Position numbers and translations under genes: made by a program. From NCBI GenBank assembly GCA_041819925.1, contig JBGYFE010000149.1, positions 3,036 to 67,035 on the forward strand: 64,000 nucleotides of DNA. The letters run 5' to 3'. The notes under the pieces are model-generated. The model was not told where the DNA came from and searched no databases. It saw only the letters and a list, made by a program, of their open reading frames with translations. Source of the stretch: Capnocytophaga sp. GTDB taxonomy: Bacteria; Bacteroidota; Bacteroidia; Flavobacteriales; Flavobacteriaceae. Numbering within the stretch: position 1 is the stretch's first letter; every line of letters starts with the position of its first letter. Of the stretch, positions 49,454-59,945 are shown piece by piece.

Positions 49454-51286
49454 TTAAAAATATTTGTCCAAGTCAGTCAGCGAAAAAGTGGTATAGATTC
49501 GCTTTCCGAAAGGCGAAGTTAAACTTTCTTTGCAAGCAAACAAATTATTTATCAAAGTTTCTTGTTCTTCATCGGTCAGATTCTGCCCTGTTTTTATGGC
49601 TAAATTCCGGCTAAGGCTTTTGGCAAAGGCTTCTTTTTGAGAAATATCGTTTTCGGGTAAATTTTCAATATGCTGCTGAACAATTTCTGTAAATACATTA
49701 GAAACTTGATTATCAGATATATGCAACGGAATTCCACTTAAAATAATTTTTTCTTCTTCAATAGAGATGATAAAGCCAATGTCTTCAAAAAGTCCTTTGA
49801 GTTTAGCAATAGTTTCAATTTCAGCTTTTGAAAACGGAAGTTCAAACGGAAACATCAATTGCTGGCTTGCCGTACTGCTTGATTGTAAGGTTTTTAGAAA
49901 ATCTTCGTACAAAACTCGCTGATGTGCCCGATGCATATTAATCACAATGAGTTCACCTCCCAAAGTAGTTACAAGGTATTTTTTTGAAAGAAAAAGAATT
50001 TTTTTGCCTGTTTGTGGTTGGTGATTTTCATCATCAAATAACTTACTTTCAATCACTTGCTCTTCAAACTGATGCAATTCAGAATTCAATCCTGAATAGA
50101 GGCTTTCCCACGCAGGTTGTTTTTTGGAATAGCTCGGATATGTTGAATAGTTCGTGTTTTTTGGGGCTTTGGTTTCTTCCTTAAACGGATTGAAATTCGG
50201 GTCAATTTCTATTTTCGGAAAAACGGGTTCTTTATCCTTATACCCATAAGGAATATCGAAAGAAGCATCGTGGTTAAAATCAAGCGTAGGCATCACATTA
50301 AACTGTCCCAAACTGTGTTTTACTGCCGATTTTAACAAAGCGTAAATGCTATGTTCATCTTCAAATTTGATTTCCGTTTTGGTCGGATGAATGTTAATAT
50401 CAATGGTTGCTGGGTCAACTTCAAGACGAATGAAGTATTCAGGCTGTTGCTGACTTCCTATAAGCCCTTCATAAGCTGCTGTAATAGCGTGATTTAGGTA
50501 TCTATTCTTCACAAATCGGTTGTTGACCATCAAAAACTGTAAGGTTTTGCTCTTGCTAATGTGTTCAGGTTTAACAACAAATCCGCTAATTTTCAAAATA
50601 GGGGTTTCTTCTTCAACGGGAACTAATTTTTCATTGGTTTTCCCGCCAAACAGATGTACGATACGTTGCCTAAATGTCGCCGATGGCAAGTTAAACAATT
50701 CACTTCCATTGTTATACAGTCGAAAATGTATGTTTGGATGCGCTAATGCCACTCGGTGAAACTCATCCAGCACGTGACGTAGTTCCACCGTATCGGATTT
50801 TAGAAAATTACGTCGTGCAGGAATGTTAAAAAATAAGTTTTTCATCGCAATGGAAGTGCCATCGACCGTAACATAGGGTTCTTGGTACATGATTTTGCTT
50901 CCTTCGATGCGTATTTCCGTTCCTAATTCATCTGATGGACGTTTGGTAATCATCTCAACGTGAGCAATTGCCGCAATAGAAGCCAATGCTTCCCCCCGAA
51001 AACCTTTGGTTTGCAAATGGAACAAGTCCTCCGCTTTTTGTATTTTCGATGTGGCGTGTCGTTCAAAAGCCAAACGTGCATCCGTTACACTCATACCTAT
51101 CCCATTATCAATGACTTGGACTAATGATTTTCCTGCATCTTTAATAACAAGTTTGATTTCCGTAGCTTTGGCATCGATGGCATTTTCAAGTAATTCTTTC
51201 ACCGCCGAAGCAGGACGCTGAATCACTTCACCAGCCGCAATTTGGTTGGCAACGTGGTCGGGTAGTAAACGGATAATATCTGTCAT
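49454..51286 (-). CDS. mutL: DNA mismatch repair MutL
   Basis: NQIAAGEVIQRPAS.VKELLENAIDA; GFRGEALAS; DINIHPTK. Confidence 0.96.
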   Translation of the reverse strand: MTDIIRLLPDHVANQIAAGEVIQRPASAVKELLENAIDAKATEIKLVIKDAGKSLVQVIDNGIGMSVTDARLAFERHATSKIQKAEDLFHLQTKGFRGEALASIAAIAHVEMITKRPSDELGTEIRIEGSKIMYQEPYVTVDGTSIAMKNLFFNIPARRNFLKSDTVELRHVLDEFHRVALAHPNIHFRLYNNGSELFNLPSATFRQRIVHLFGGKTNEKLVPVEEETPILKISGFVVKPEHISKSKTLQFLMVNNRFVKNRYLNHAITAAYEGLIGSQQQPEYFIRLEVDPATIDINIHPTKTEIKFEDEHSIYALLKSAVKHSLGQFNVMPTLDFNHDASFDIPYGYKDKEPVFPKIEIDPNFNPFKEETKAPKNTNYSTYPSYSKKQPAWESLYSGLNSELHQFEEQVIESKLFDDENHQPQTGKKILFLSKKYLVTTLGGELIVINMHRAHQRVLYEDFLKTLQSSSTASQQLMFPFELPFSKAEIETIAKLKGLFEDIGFIISIEEEKIILSGIPLHISDNQVSNVFTEIVQQHIENLPENDISQKEAFAKSLSRNLAIKTGQNLTDEEQETLINNLFACKESLTSPFGKRIYTTFSLTDLDKYF

Positions 51287-51321
51287 ATTTTTTAAAGTAT
51301 AGGAAAAAACTTATTTTTCTG

Positions 51322-51606
51322 TTACTTTTTGAATATAGATAAATCAAAATCAAGCACATACAACGCAATCAAAATCAGAATTACCAAAACTATCAAAAAG
51401 GTTTTGTTAAATTCTACATTTTTTTTGTTGCGACTTTCTTTGCGTATGCCACGCCACTGCTCCGTAAAGTGATTGGTTTGTGTTTCACGGTCACGACGAA
51501 TTTTTGAATCTATTTCAAAGGCATTTCCTGTATCTTTTCCGTTGTAATAACGTGGAGTGTAGTTGTACCTTTTGTTTTTTCGCAGAGAAAATAATTTGAT
51601 TTTCAT
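51322..51606 (-). CDS. Conserved small membrane-anchored protein (Flavobacteriaceae)
   Basis: RKNKRYNYTPRYY N-terminus and a C-terminal TM helix; typically upstream of mutL. Confidence 0.65.
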   Translation of the reverse strand: MKIKLFSLRKNKRYNYTPRYYNGKDTGNAFEIDSKIRRDRETQTNHFTEQWRGIRKESRNKKNVEFNKTFLIVLVILILIALYVLDFDLSIFKK

Positions 51607-51770
51607 AGGAATATGTTACAAATTAACTTTTAAAATTAAAAATATAAAATCAACTTTTTCAGTTTTTATTGATTTCATTCCGCAAAGGTAGAAAAAAATA
51701 AGAACGAGACAAAAAAAGCTACCTACAAAGTAGGCAGCTTCAACAGTTTATGAAAACAAAAAAACTAAAC

Positions 51771-52298
51771 TTACTCAACAATAAATTTTCCTTTCATTAT
51801 AGCATAATGACCTGGAAATGAACATATAAAGTCATACGTTCCTTTTTCTGGCGCATCAAAAGTAATCGTAGTCGATTCCCCTCCACCAATCATCTTGGTG
51901 TGAGCGATAACTTCTTCACTTCCCGCAGGCACATAACCTGTATCTTTGGCATTCATTGCTTTTCCTGCAAAGGCTGCAAGGTCTGTTCCTTGTTTTAACA
52001 GCACAAAATTGTGCCCCATCACCTCCACTGGCATTTTACCCACGTGTTTGAGTGTCAAAGTTACTTTCTCTCCACCTTTCACCTTTATTTCGTTTATGCT
52101 ATAAGTCATTTGGTCGGTGCTCTCTAACACAACCTCATTTCCCTGTGCTACTTTGTCAGAAGTGGGGGCGGATTCGTGATTATGATTTGCCATTGAGTGC
52201 TCAGTTACAACAGCTTCTCCTTCTTTCTTTTTGTTTTCTGTGTTTCCACAAGAAACAACAAATGTTCCCAAAAGGGCGTATAAAAATATTTTTTTCAT
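51771..52298 (-). CDS. Azurin-like blue copper lipoprotein
   Basis: Lipobox VVSC; linker; MGHNFVL and type-1 Cu ligands C-SFPG-H-YAI-M. Confidence 0.9.
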   Translation of the reverse strand: MKKIFLYALLGTFVVSCGNTENKKKEGEAVVTEHSMANHNHESAPTSDKVAQGNEVVLESTDQMTYSINEIKVKGGEKVTLTLKHVGKMPVEVMGHNFVLLKQGTDLAAFAGKAMNAKDTGYVPAGSEEVIAHTKMIGGGESTTITFDAPEKGTYDFICSFPGHYAIMKGKFIVE

Positions 52299-52543
52299 AA
52301 GTGAAATGTTTTAAAATTATCGACAAAGATAGAAAAAAAATAATTTAAAGCAAATCTAAATTAATAAAAATATCTAAAAGTGATAATATGAATTCCGTGC
52401 CAAGCATCTATATTTTTTAAGTTTTCGTTATTACAACTCAATCTCACTAATATAAAATACTGATATTAAATATTTTACAAATAAAACAAATACTTATTTT
52501 TGAAAAATTACAAATCAAGCTATCATTAGTAAAATAAAAAACG

Positions 52544-52677
52544 TATTTTTGCAGTTTGAGTTTTTATCTATTGTAGATAAAAATCACCTAAGTTAAATAT
52601 ATACTAACAAATCAAGATAAAATACGATTATCAACAAGTCTACTAATTAATTACTATTGAGACATTTATCGTATTTT
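52544..52677 (+). promoter_or_regulatory. Promoter and two-hairpin 5' leader of the ricT-gldH-PBP1a operon
   Basis: TATTTTTG at 52544-52551; TTTTTATCTA-TTG-TAGATAAAAA at 52561-52583; AAAATACGAT (52619-52628) / ATCGTATTTT (52668-52677). Confidence 0.45.
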
Positions 52678-52698
52678 TAGCTAAAAAACTAATAAAGA

Positions 52699-54114
52699 AT
52701 GAGTTGCAATAATTGCAGTACAAAAGATAAAAAAGGTTGTAATAATAGCAAAGGCTGTAATTCAGGCAGTTGCGGAAGCGGAAAATTATCTGTGTTTGAT
52801 TGGCTCGCTAATACGCAACTTCTTGGCGGTCAGGAGCAATTTGACTGCGTAGAAGTGCGTTTCAAAAACAGCCGCAAGGAATATTTCAGAAATGTTGAGA
52901 AATTATCATTGCAAATTGGTGACGTAGTGGCAACAGAGGCTGCCTCAGGACACGATGTGGGCGTCATTACTCTCACAGGTGAATTGGTGCGTTTGCAAAT
53001 GAAAAAACACAAAATCAATTGGGAAAGTGAGACTATTCCGAAAGTTTATCGTAAAGCCAATCAACGTGATATTGATGTTTGGCAAGAATCACGCAATAAA
53101 GAAGAGTCTGTACAAAAACAATCACGTGAATTAGCAATTGCATTGGGCTTGGAAATGAAAATATCAGATGTTGAATTTCAAGGAGATGGCTCAAAAGCAA
53201 CCTTTTATTACACTGCCGAAGGACGTGTAGATTTTAGACAATTAATCAAAGATATGGCACGTGTTTTTGCCATACGCATCGAGATGCGTCAAATTGGATT
53301 TCGTCAAGAAGCAGCTCGATTGGGAGGAATTGGTTCGTGCGGACGGGAATTGTGTTGTTCCACTTGGTTGACCGATTTCAGAACCGTAACCACCGCAGCG
53401 GCTCGCTATCAACAACTCTCATTAAATCCGCAGAAATTGGCAGGACAATGCGGAAAACTCAAATGTTGCATCAATTTTGAGCTCGACACTTATTTAGATG
53501 CTTTGCAAGATTTTCCAAAAACAGATATTAAATTACTGACTTCCAAAGGAAAAGCCTCTTGTCAGAAAATTGATATTTTCAAACGATTGATGTGGTTCAC
53601 CTATGATGAAGACCCCATAAATTGGTATAAGATTTCTGTGGACAGTGTTAAGAAAATTATTGCTTTAAACACAGAACAAAAAGCAGTTTCTTTAGATGAT
53701 TACGCCATCGTAAGTGACGGAGTGGGAATGTCCATAAACTTAAATGGTGACACCAAAGAAGTGGTTGAGGAAGACATTACTCGTTTTGATAAACCAAAGA
53801 AAAATAAGAAGAAAAAAGACAACAAAAACAATGCGCCGAAAGAAGTCAAAAACAATCACCAAAATGACCCTAATGCGCAGAAAAATACAAATAACCAAAG
53901 GAATGTAAAACAATCTAAAAATCAGCCACAACCAAAGGAACAAAAAGAAAATCAACAAAATTTGAAAGTTCCAAAAGAGCAAAAGCACCCCAATCCGAAT
54001 CAACAAAAGGAAAAGGAAAATCAAAACAATCCGAAGAAATTAAAAGAACCTAAAAATACTAATTTTAAGCGTAAACCGAACCACAACCGCAATAATACCA
54101 ACAAGGAAAAATAA
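52699..54114 (+). CDS. ricT: PSP1-domain RicT/YaaT-family protein with a basic low-complexity tail
   Basis: VEVRFK; FYYTAEGRVDFRQL.K; G.CGRELCC..WL; KL.GQCG.LKCC..FE. Confidence 0.85.
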   Translation: MSCNNCSTKDKKGCNNSKGCNSGSCGSGKLSVFDWLANTQLLGGQEQFDCVEVRFKNSRKEYFRNVEKLSLQIGDVVATEAASGHDVGVITLTGELVRLQMKKHKINWESETIPKVYRKANQRDIDVWQESRNKEESVQKQSRELAIALGLEMKISDVEFQGDGSKATFYYTAEGRVDFRQLIKDMARVFAIRIEMRQIGFRQEAARLGGIGSCGRELCCSTWLTDFRTVTTAAARYQQLSLNPQKLAGQCGKLKCCINFELDTYLDALQDFPKTDIKLLTSKGKASCQKIDIFKRLMWFTYDEDPINWYKISVDSVKKIIALNTEQKAVSLDDYAIVSDGVGMSINLNGDTKEVVEEDITRFDKPKKNKKKKDNKNNAPKEVKNNHQNDPNAQKNTNNQRNVKQSKNQPQPKEQKENQQNLKVPKEQKHPNPNQQKEKENQNNPKKLKEPKNTNFKRKPNHNRNNTNKEK

Positions 54115-54125
54115 CAGAAAAACAA

Positions 54126-54599
54126 ATGAAATTCTTAAAATTACTTGTCATACTTTCTTTTTTTGTAAGTTGTTCAACCAATGTTGAATTTAGCGAATAT
54201 ATCTCAATTTCAGATGGTTGGAACAAAACACAACCTGCTGTTTTTCAGTTTGAACAAGATTCGCTTGCTAAAAAAAATCTGTTTATAATGTTACGAAATA
54301 ATGAAGCATACGAATTTAGCAATTTGTATCTTATTACTCGATTGGAACAACCTGACAATAAAGTAATTGTAGATACATTACAGTATGAAATGGCAACTCC
54401 CGAAGGAGCTTGGCTGGGTTACGGATATTCGGCTGTGAAAGAGAGTAAGTTGTGGTATAAAGAAAATTTCACCTTTCCTGTGAAAGGAAAATATACGATT
54501 CGGATTGAACAAGCTATGCGTAAAATCGGTGAAAATGAAGGCATTGAACGATTGAACGGAATAACGGAAGTAGGTCTTCAAATTGAAAAAACAAACTAA
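54126..54599 (+). CDS. gldH: Gliding motility lipoprotein GldH
   Basis: Lipobox VSC; LRNNE.YEFSNLYLI; DTLQYEMA...G.WLG.G; IEQAMR. Confidence 0.92.
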   Translation: MKFLKLLVILSFFVSCSTNVEFSEYISISDGWNKTQPAVFQFEQDSLAKKNLFIMLRNNEAYEFSNLYLITRLEQPDNKVIVDTLQYEMATPEGAWLGYGYSAVKESKLWYKENFTFPVKGKYTIRIEQAMRKIGENEGIERLNGITEVGLQIEKTN

Positions 54600-54627
54600 A
54601 TTTATAGATAATTTGATATTCAAAGAT

Positions 54628-56934
54628 ATGGCAAAAAAAGGAGACAATATCAAGAAGAATGATAATCCGCTTGTAAAATGGTTCTGGCGGATATTTGCAG
54701 GCGGAATCGCTTTTGTGCTTTTGCTGTTTCTATTTGCTTCGTGGGGATTTTTTGGAGAGATGCCTGATTTTAAGCGTTTAGAAAATCCTGAGACCAATTT
54801 AGCTACTGAAATTGTGAGTGCTGACGGAAAAACATTGGGAAAATTCTATTTAGATGATAATCGCACCCCTGTGAAATATAAAGACTTACCCAAACATTTA
54901 GTCGATGCTCTGGTAGCCACCGAAGACGAGCGTTTTTATGACCACTCAGGCATTGATGTTCGTGGAACGATGCGCGCCGTAGTGTATTTAGGACGAAAAG
55001 GAGGCGCTTCAACCATTACGCAACAGCTTGCTAAACAGCTATTTCACGGTACAAAAGCACGTGGCTTGGAGCGTTACACCCAAAAAATCAAAGAATGGGT
55101 AATTTCTACTCGTTTGGAAACTCAATACACCAAAGAGGAAATACTAACAATGTATTTTAATATATATGACTTTGGTTATCAAGCAGATGGGATTCGCTCC
55201 GCTTCACGCATCTTTTTCGATAAAGAACCCAAAGATTTGACCATTGAGGAAGGCGCTGTGTTAGTGGGAATGTTCAAAAATTCGTCACTTTACAATCCTG
55301 TGCGCAATCCCGAAGGTGTTACCAATCGCAGAAACGTGGTGCTGGCGCAGATGGCAAAAAATAACTATATCACACAACGCGTAAAAGATTCTTTACAACA
55401 AATCCCTTTAAAAATTAATTTTACTCCTGAAAGCCACAATGAAGGAATTGCCACCTATTTCAGGGAATACTTACGTTCATATATGAAAGAATGGATTGAT
55501 AAAAATCCGAAACCTGACGGATCTAAACACAATCTTTATTTGGACGGAATGAAAGTCTACACCACCATTGACTCCAAAATGCAAACCTATGCCGAAATTG
55601 CAGTAAGAGAACATATGGAACGACTTCAAAAAGCCTTTGATAGTGAAAATAATCCAAAAAAAAATAAAACATTTCCGTTTTTGGAAGTTTCAAAAGATGA
55701 ATATAACAGTTTGATAGAGCGTGCAATGAAAAATTCAGAACGCTGGCGAAAGATGAAATCTTTGGGACATTCTGAAAAGGATATAAGAAATTCTTTTGAC
55801 CAGAAAACCGAAATGCGCATCTTTTCGTGGGCAGACGAAAAGGATACGGTGATGACTCCAAAAGATTCTATTCTCTATTACAAAGCATTTTTACGAACCG
55901 GAATGATGTCAATGGAACCGCAAACCGGACACATCAAAGCGTGGGTAGGAGGCATCAACTACAAACATTTTCAATATGACCAAGTCATTCAAGGTGCGCG
56001 CCAAACAGGTTCTACGTTTAAACCTTTTGTCTATGCAACCGCCATCGACCAATTGCATTATTCCCCTTGTTATGAACTACCTGATATTCAAACTTGTATC
56101 GAAGCTGGAAAGTATCAGAACGTAACTGCTTGGTGTCCTAAAAATTCAAACGGAAGTTTTTCAGGCAAAATGATGACTTTGAAATATGCTTTGGCCAATT
56201 CGGTAAATTCCATTACAGTTAATCTGATGGACAAAGTAGGACCTGTGCCCGTTATCAATATGGTGCGCAATTTAGGAATAACTGCACAAATTCCTGAAAT
56301 GCCTTCAATTGCTTTGGGAACTGCCGACGTAACCGTACTTGAAATGGTTGGAGCGTATGGCACTTTTGCCAACGAGGGAGTTTATGTAAAACCTATTTTA
56401 GTTACACGCATTGAGGATAAAAATGGAACTGTTTTATTTGAAAACACTCCTGAAACACACGATGTTGTCAGTGCTGATGTGGCTCGTGCCGTAGTGAACC
56501 TGATGGAAGGCGTGACGCAATACGGTTCGGGAGCACGACTCAGAACTAAAGGGGCTGATTCATATAACAGTTTGTATAAAAATGTAATGACGGGTTATCC
56601 GTATGCTTTTACCAATCCAATTGCAGGAAAAACAGGTACAACGCAAAACAATAGCGACGGTTGGTTTATGGGAATGGTTCCCAATCTGGTAACAGGCGTT
56701 TGGGTTGGTGGTGAAGACCGAGCTGTGCATTTTAGAGGAACAGCTTATGGGCAAGGAGCAACAATGGCTCTTCCCATCTGGGGATATTATATGAAAAAAT
56801 GTTATGAGGATAAGGAATTAAGCATTTCAAAATCACCTTTTCCAGCACCCGAAAATATGGAAATCATCACTGATTGCTCCAAAGCAGAACAAAGCAGCAG
56901 TGATGGTGATGATTTTGGCCAAATTGATTTTTAA
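54628..56934 (+). CDS. mrcA: Class A penicillin-binding protein 1A
   Basis: EDERFYDHSG; GASTITQQLAK; GSTFKPF; SVN; AGKTGTT; likely start MAKKGD at 54628. Confidence 0.92.
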   Translation: MAKKGDNIKKNDNPLVKWFWRIFAGGIAFVLLLFLFASWGFFGEMPDFKRLENPETNLATEIVSADGKTLGKFYLDDNRTPVKYKDLPKHLVDALVATEDERFYDHSGIDVRGTMRAVVYLGRKGGASTITQQLAKQLFHGTKARGLERYTQKIKEWVISTRLETQYTKEEILTMYFNIYDFGYQADGIRSASRIFFDKEPKDLTIEEGAVLVGMFKNSSLYNPVRNPEGVTNRRNVVLAQMAKNNYITQRVKDSLQQIPLKINFTPESHNEGIATYFREYLRSYMKEWIDKNPKPDGSKHNLYLDGMKVYTTIDSKMQTYAEIAVREHMERLQKAFDSENNPKKNKTFPFLEVSKDEYNSLIERAMKNSERWRKMKSLGHSEKDIRNSFDQKTEMRIFSWADEKDTVMTPKDSILYYKAFLRTGMMSMEPQTGHIKAWVGGINYKHFQYDQVIQGARQTGSTFKPFVYATAIDQLHYSPCYELPDIQTCIEAGKYQNVTAWCPKNSNGSFSGKMMTLKYALANSVNSITVNLMDKVGPVPVINMVRNLGITAQIPEMPSIALGTADVTVLEMVGAYGTFANEGVYVKPILVTRIEDKNGTVLFENTPETHDVVSADVARAVVNLMEGVTQYGSGARLRTKGADSYNSLYKNVMTGYPYAFTNPIAGKTGTTQNNSDGWFMGMVPNLVTGVWVGGEDRAVHFRGTAYGQGATMALPIWGYYMKKCYEDKELSISKSPFPAPENMEIITDCSKAEQSSSDGDDFGQIDF

Positions 56935-56955
56935 CAATAAGCCAAAATATTGATT

Positions 56956-57432
56956 ATGAAAGATATATATTATCTAACGGGTGATGCCACTTCGCCAAAA
57001 GCAGATGGCAATAAAATCATTGTACATATTTGTAATGACATTGGTGCTTGGGGCAAGGGATTCGTTTTGGCTATATCCAAAAAATGGAAAAAACCCGAAA
57101 CGGAATATAAAAAATGGCATAAATCGGGGCAAAATTTCAATCTGGGAGAAGTGCAATTCATTCAGGTTGAAGAAGATACGTGGATAGCAAATTTGATAGG
57201 GCAACATAAAATTAAAGATGAAGTAGGAAATCCTCCGATTCGGTATGAAGCCGTGCTACAAGGATTGCAAAAAGTAACCAAGTTTGCCATTGAAAAGCAG
57301 GCTTCTGTTCATATGCCCCGTATTGGTTGCGGACTGGCAGGAGGCACGTGGGATAAAGTAGAACCTCTGATAAAACAGAGCCTACTTTCTGCCAATATAG
57401 AAGTTTTTGTTTATGATTTCGCAATACAATAA
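56956..57432 (+). CDS. Macro-domain protein (Poa1p/TARG1-like ADP-ribose processing)
   Basis: GDAT; HICNDIGAWGKGFVLAIS; MPRIGCGLAGG.W. Confidence 0.85.
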   Translation: MKDIYYLTGDATSPKADGNKIIVHICNDIGAWGKGFVLAISKKWKKPETEYKKWHKSGQNFNLGEVQFIQVEEDTWIANLIGQHKIKDEVGNPPIRYEAVLQGLQKVTKFAIEKQASVHMPRIGCGLAGGTWDKVEPLIKQSLLSANIEVFVYDFAIQ

Positions 57433-57434
57433 AA

Positions 57435-57460
57435 AAGGATAGTTTTTTTCCACTATCCTT
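57435..57460. terminator. Bidirectional terminator
   Basis: AAGGATAGT-N8-ACTATCCTT between convergent genes. Confidence 0.7.
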
Positions 57461-57512
57461 GAAACTTTTTTACCATATTTTTACAAAAAATGAATTTTTG
57501 ATGTACCTCGCT

Positions 57513-59945
57513 TTAATCCCGCAAACTCGCTCCCAGTTTTTCTTCAAATTTTCGTAGGAGATTTTGCATTGATTTCTCTATTTGCTTATCTGTCAATGTT
57601 TTGTTATCATCTTGAAGAATGAAACTTACGGCATAGCTTTTCTTTCCGCTTGGAAGTTTATCCCCTTGATAAACATCAAATAAACTTACATTCTTCAAAA
57701 TTGATTTTTCAGTATCGAAAGCAAGTTTGTAGATTTCATCAAACGTAACTTTTTGATCAAGCAAAAGTGCTAAATCACGTCGAACTTCGGGAAACTTTGC
57801 AATTTCTTTGTACGTAATTTTCTGATTTTTAATATTTTCAAGAACAATATCCCAACAAATATCAGCAAACAAAACTTCTTGTTTAATGCCAAAATCTTTT
57901 AAAACTTTTCCCTTGACCACTCCGAGAGTTCCCAAATAGGTGTCCCCCACGAACCACTGAAAGCCTTCTTGTGTAAAAACGCAATCACTTTCCAATAGTT
58001 TGATGAAAATATTTTTCAATCCTAAACGTTCAAAAACAGCTTCCAATGTTCCTTTGAGTAAGAAAAAATCTGTTTTTTGAGTGGTCAAATTCCAATTTTC
58101 ATTGCTTTTATTTCCTGTTAAATAAAGCATAAGATGCTTATTTTCAATATATTCATTATTTGAAAAATGATAACTTTTTCCAAACTCAAAAAACTTCAAA
58201 TCGGCACGTTTTCGGTTGATGTTATACTCAATTACTTCCAATCCCGAAAACAACAGATTTTTGCGCATATAACTCAAATCATTACTCAACGGATTAAGAA
58301 TTTGCACAGCTTGCGCCGTTTCTTTCTCATAATCAGTAATGACCTTTTCAGGAACAAGGCTATTGGTCATAATTTCAAAAAATCCTTGTCCTGCAAGTTG
58401 CGCAGCAACAACATTTTGCACATTGTGGTCATCATATTTTGATGAATGCGACATCGAAGCATTGATTTTTTCTGAAAATCCGATGTTATTGTATCCATAA
58501 ACTCGTAAAATATCTTCAATTACATCAGCTTCTCGCTGTACATCAACACGATAAGAAGGTACTAAAAGCCCCAATCCTCGTTCCGTAACAGAAGTTACTT
58601 TTACGTCCAAAGAATGTAAAATATTTTTGATAGTATCGCTTGGAATTACCTGCCCGATGACCTTATTCACTCTATCAAAAGCCAAGAAAACTTGAAAATC
58701 TTGCTGTTTTTTAGGATACAAATCAACAATATCAGAAGAAATAACACCTCCAGCTATATTTTCTATTAAAATAGCTGCATACATCAAGGCATAATTCACA
58801 TCATCTATGTTTATTCCTCGCTCAAAACGGAAAGAAGCATCAGAACTGATTCCGTGTCGCTTCGCCGTTTTACGAATTGCAACGGGATTGAAATAAGCAC
58901 TTTCCAAAAAAACAGTGCGAGTGCTGTTGGTTACCCCCGAATTGACTCCTCCCAAAACTCCTGCAATGCACAATGGCTTTTCGGCATCACAAATCACTAA
59001 ATCTTCGGTGTCAAGAGTTCTTTCCACACCGTCCAAAGTTGTGATTTTACTTCCTGCTTCGGCTGTTTTTACAATGATTTTTTTTCCTACAATATGGTCA
59101 ACATCAAAGGCGTGTAAAGGCTGCCCAAGCCCGTGAAGCACATAGTTGGTAATGTCCACCACATTATTTTTCGGTGTTAAACCAATGGCTTTTAACTTGT
59201 TTTGTAGCCATTTAGGTGACTCGGCAATGCGTACATTGCTGATTGTTACACCCGCATATCGTGGTACTAAATCCTTATTTTTGACCTCAACATCAATTTT
59301 TGACAATCGATTATCTACGTGAAATTTTGTCACGGAAGGAGTGATGAGTTCCAGTGAAATTCCTTTCTGCATTAATCCGGCACGCAAATCACGAGCCACT
59401 CCATAATGGCTCATAGCATCGGCTCGGTTAGGCGTCAGCCCAATTTCAAAAACTTCATCGGTTTCAACCTCAAAAACTTCACTGCAAAGCGTTCCTGGCT
59501 CATATTTATCGTCTAAAACTAAAATTCCATCGTGCCCCTTTCCTAAACCAAGTTCATCTTCGGCACAAATCATTCCATAGCTTTCTTCCCCTCTGATTTT
59601 TCCTTTTTTTATTTCAAACGGATTTCCTTCTTTATCAAAAAGAACTGTTCCGATGGTTGCCACTGGCACTTTTTGTCCTTTGGCTACATTCGGAGCTCCA
59701 CAAACGATTTGTAGAACGTTCCCTTGCCCCACATCTACCTTCGTAACTTTCAATCTATCAGCATTTGGGTGCTGTTCACATTCCAAAACGTGCCCAACAA
59801 CCACACCTTTCAGTCCTCCTTTAATACTTTCAAAAGGTTCAATTCCTTCAACTTCAAGCCCTAAATCAGTAAGCAAAGCACCTGTTTGGTCAGAAGGTAA
59901 ATCCACTTTAATAAAGTTTTTAATCCAATTGTATGAAATTTTCAT
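57513..59945 (-). CDS. pheT: Phenylalanyl-tRNA synthetase beta subunit
   Basis: HPNADRL; VCGAPN; LTPNRADAMSHYGVARDL; FDX-ACB C-terminus. Confidence 0.97.
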   Translation of the reverse strand: MKISYNWIKNFIKVDLPSDQTGALLTDLGLEVEGIEPFESIKGGLKGVVVGHVLECEQHPNADRLKVTKVDVGQGNVLQIVCGAPNVAKGQKVPVATIGTVLFDKEGNPFEIKKGKIRGEESYGMICAEDELGLGKGHDGILVLDDKYEPGTLCSEVFEVETDEVFEIGLTPNRADAMSHYGVARDLRAGLMQKGISLELITPSVTKFHVDNRLSKIDVEVKNKDLVPRYAGVTISNVRIAESPKWLQNKLKAIGLTPKNNVVDITNYVLHGLGQPLHAFDVDHIVGKKIIVKTAEAGSKITTLDGVERTLDTEDLVICDAEKPLCIAGVLGGVNSGVTNSTRTVFLESAYFNPVAIRKTAKRHGISSDASFRFERGINIDDVNYALMYAAILIENIAGGVISSDIVDLYPKKQQDFQVFLAFDRVNKVIGQVIPSDTIKNILHSLDVKVTSVTERGLGLLVPSYRVDVQREADVIEDILRVYGYNNIGFSEKINASMSHSSKYDDHNVQNVVAAQLAGQGFFEIMTNSLVPEKVITDYEKETAQAVQILNPLSNDLSYMRKNLLFSGLEVIEYNINRKRADLKFFEFGKSYHFSNNEYIENKHLMLYLTGNKSNENWNLTTQKTDFFLLKGTLEAVFERLGLKNIFIKLLESDCVFTQEGFQWFVGDTYLGTLGVVKGKVLKDFGIKQEVLFADICWDIVLENIKNQKITYKEIAKFPEVRRDLALLLDQKVTFDEIYKLAFDTEKSILKNVSLFDVYQGDKLPSGKKSYAVSFILQDDNKTLTDKQIEKSMQNLLRKFEEKLGASLRD

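Noticed and set aside
53780-54114. K/N/Q/P-rich tail of RicT as a tandem repeat or separate gene
   Set aside because: It is in-frame low-complexity sequence with no exact repeat unit; such tails are common in this family.
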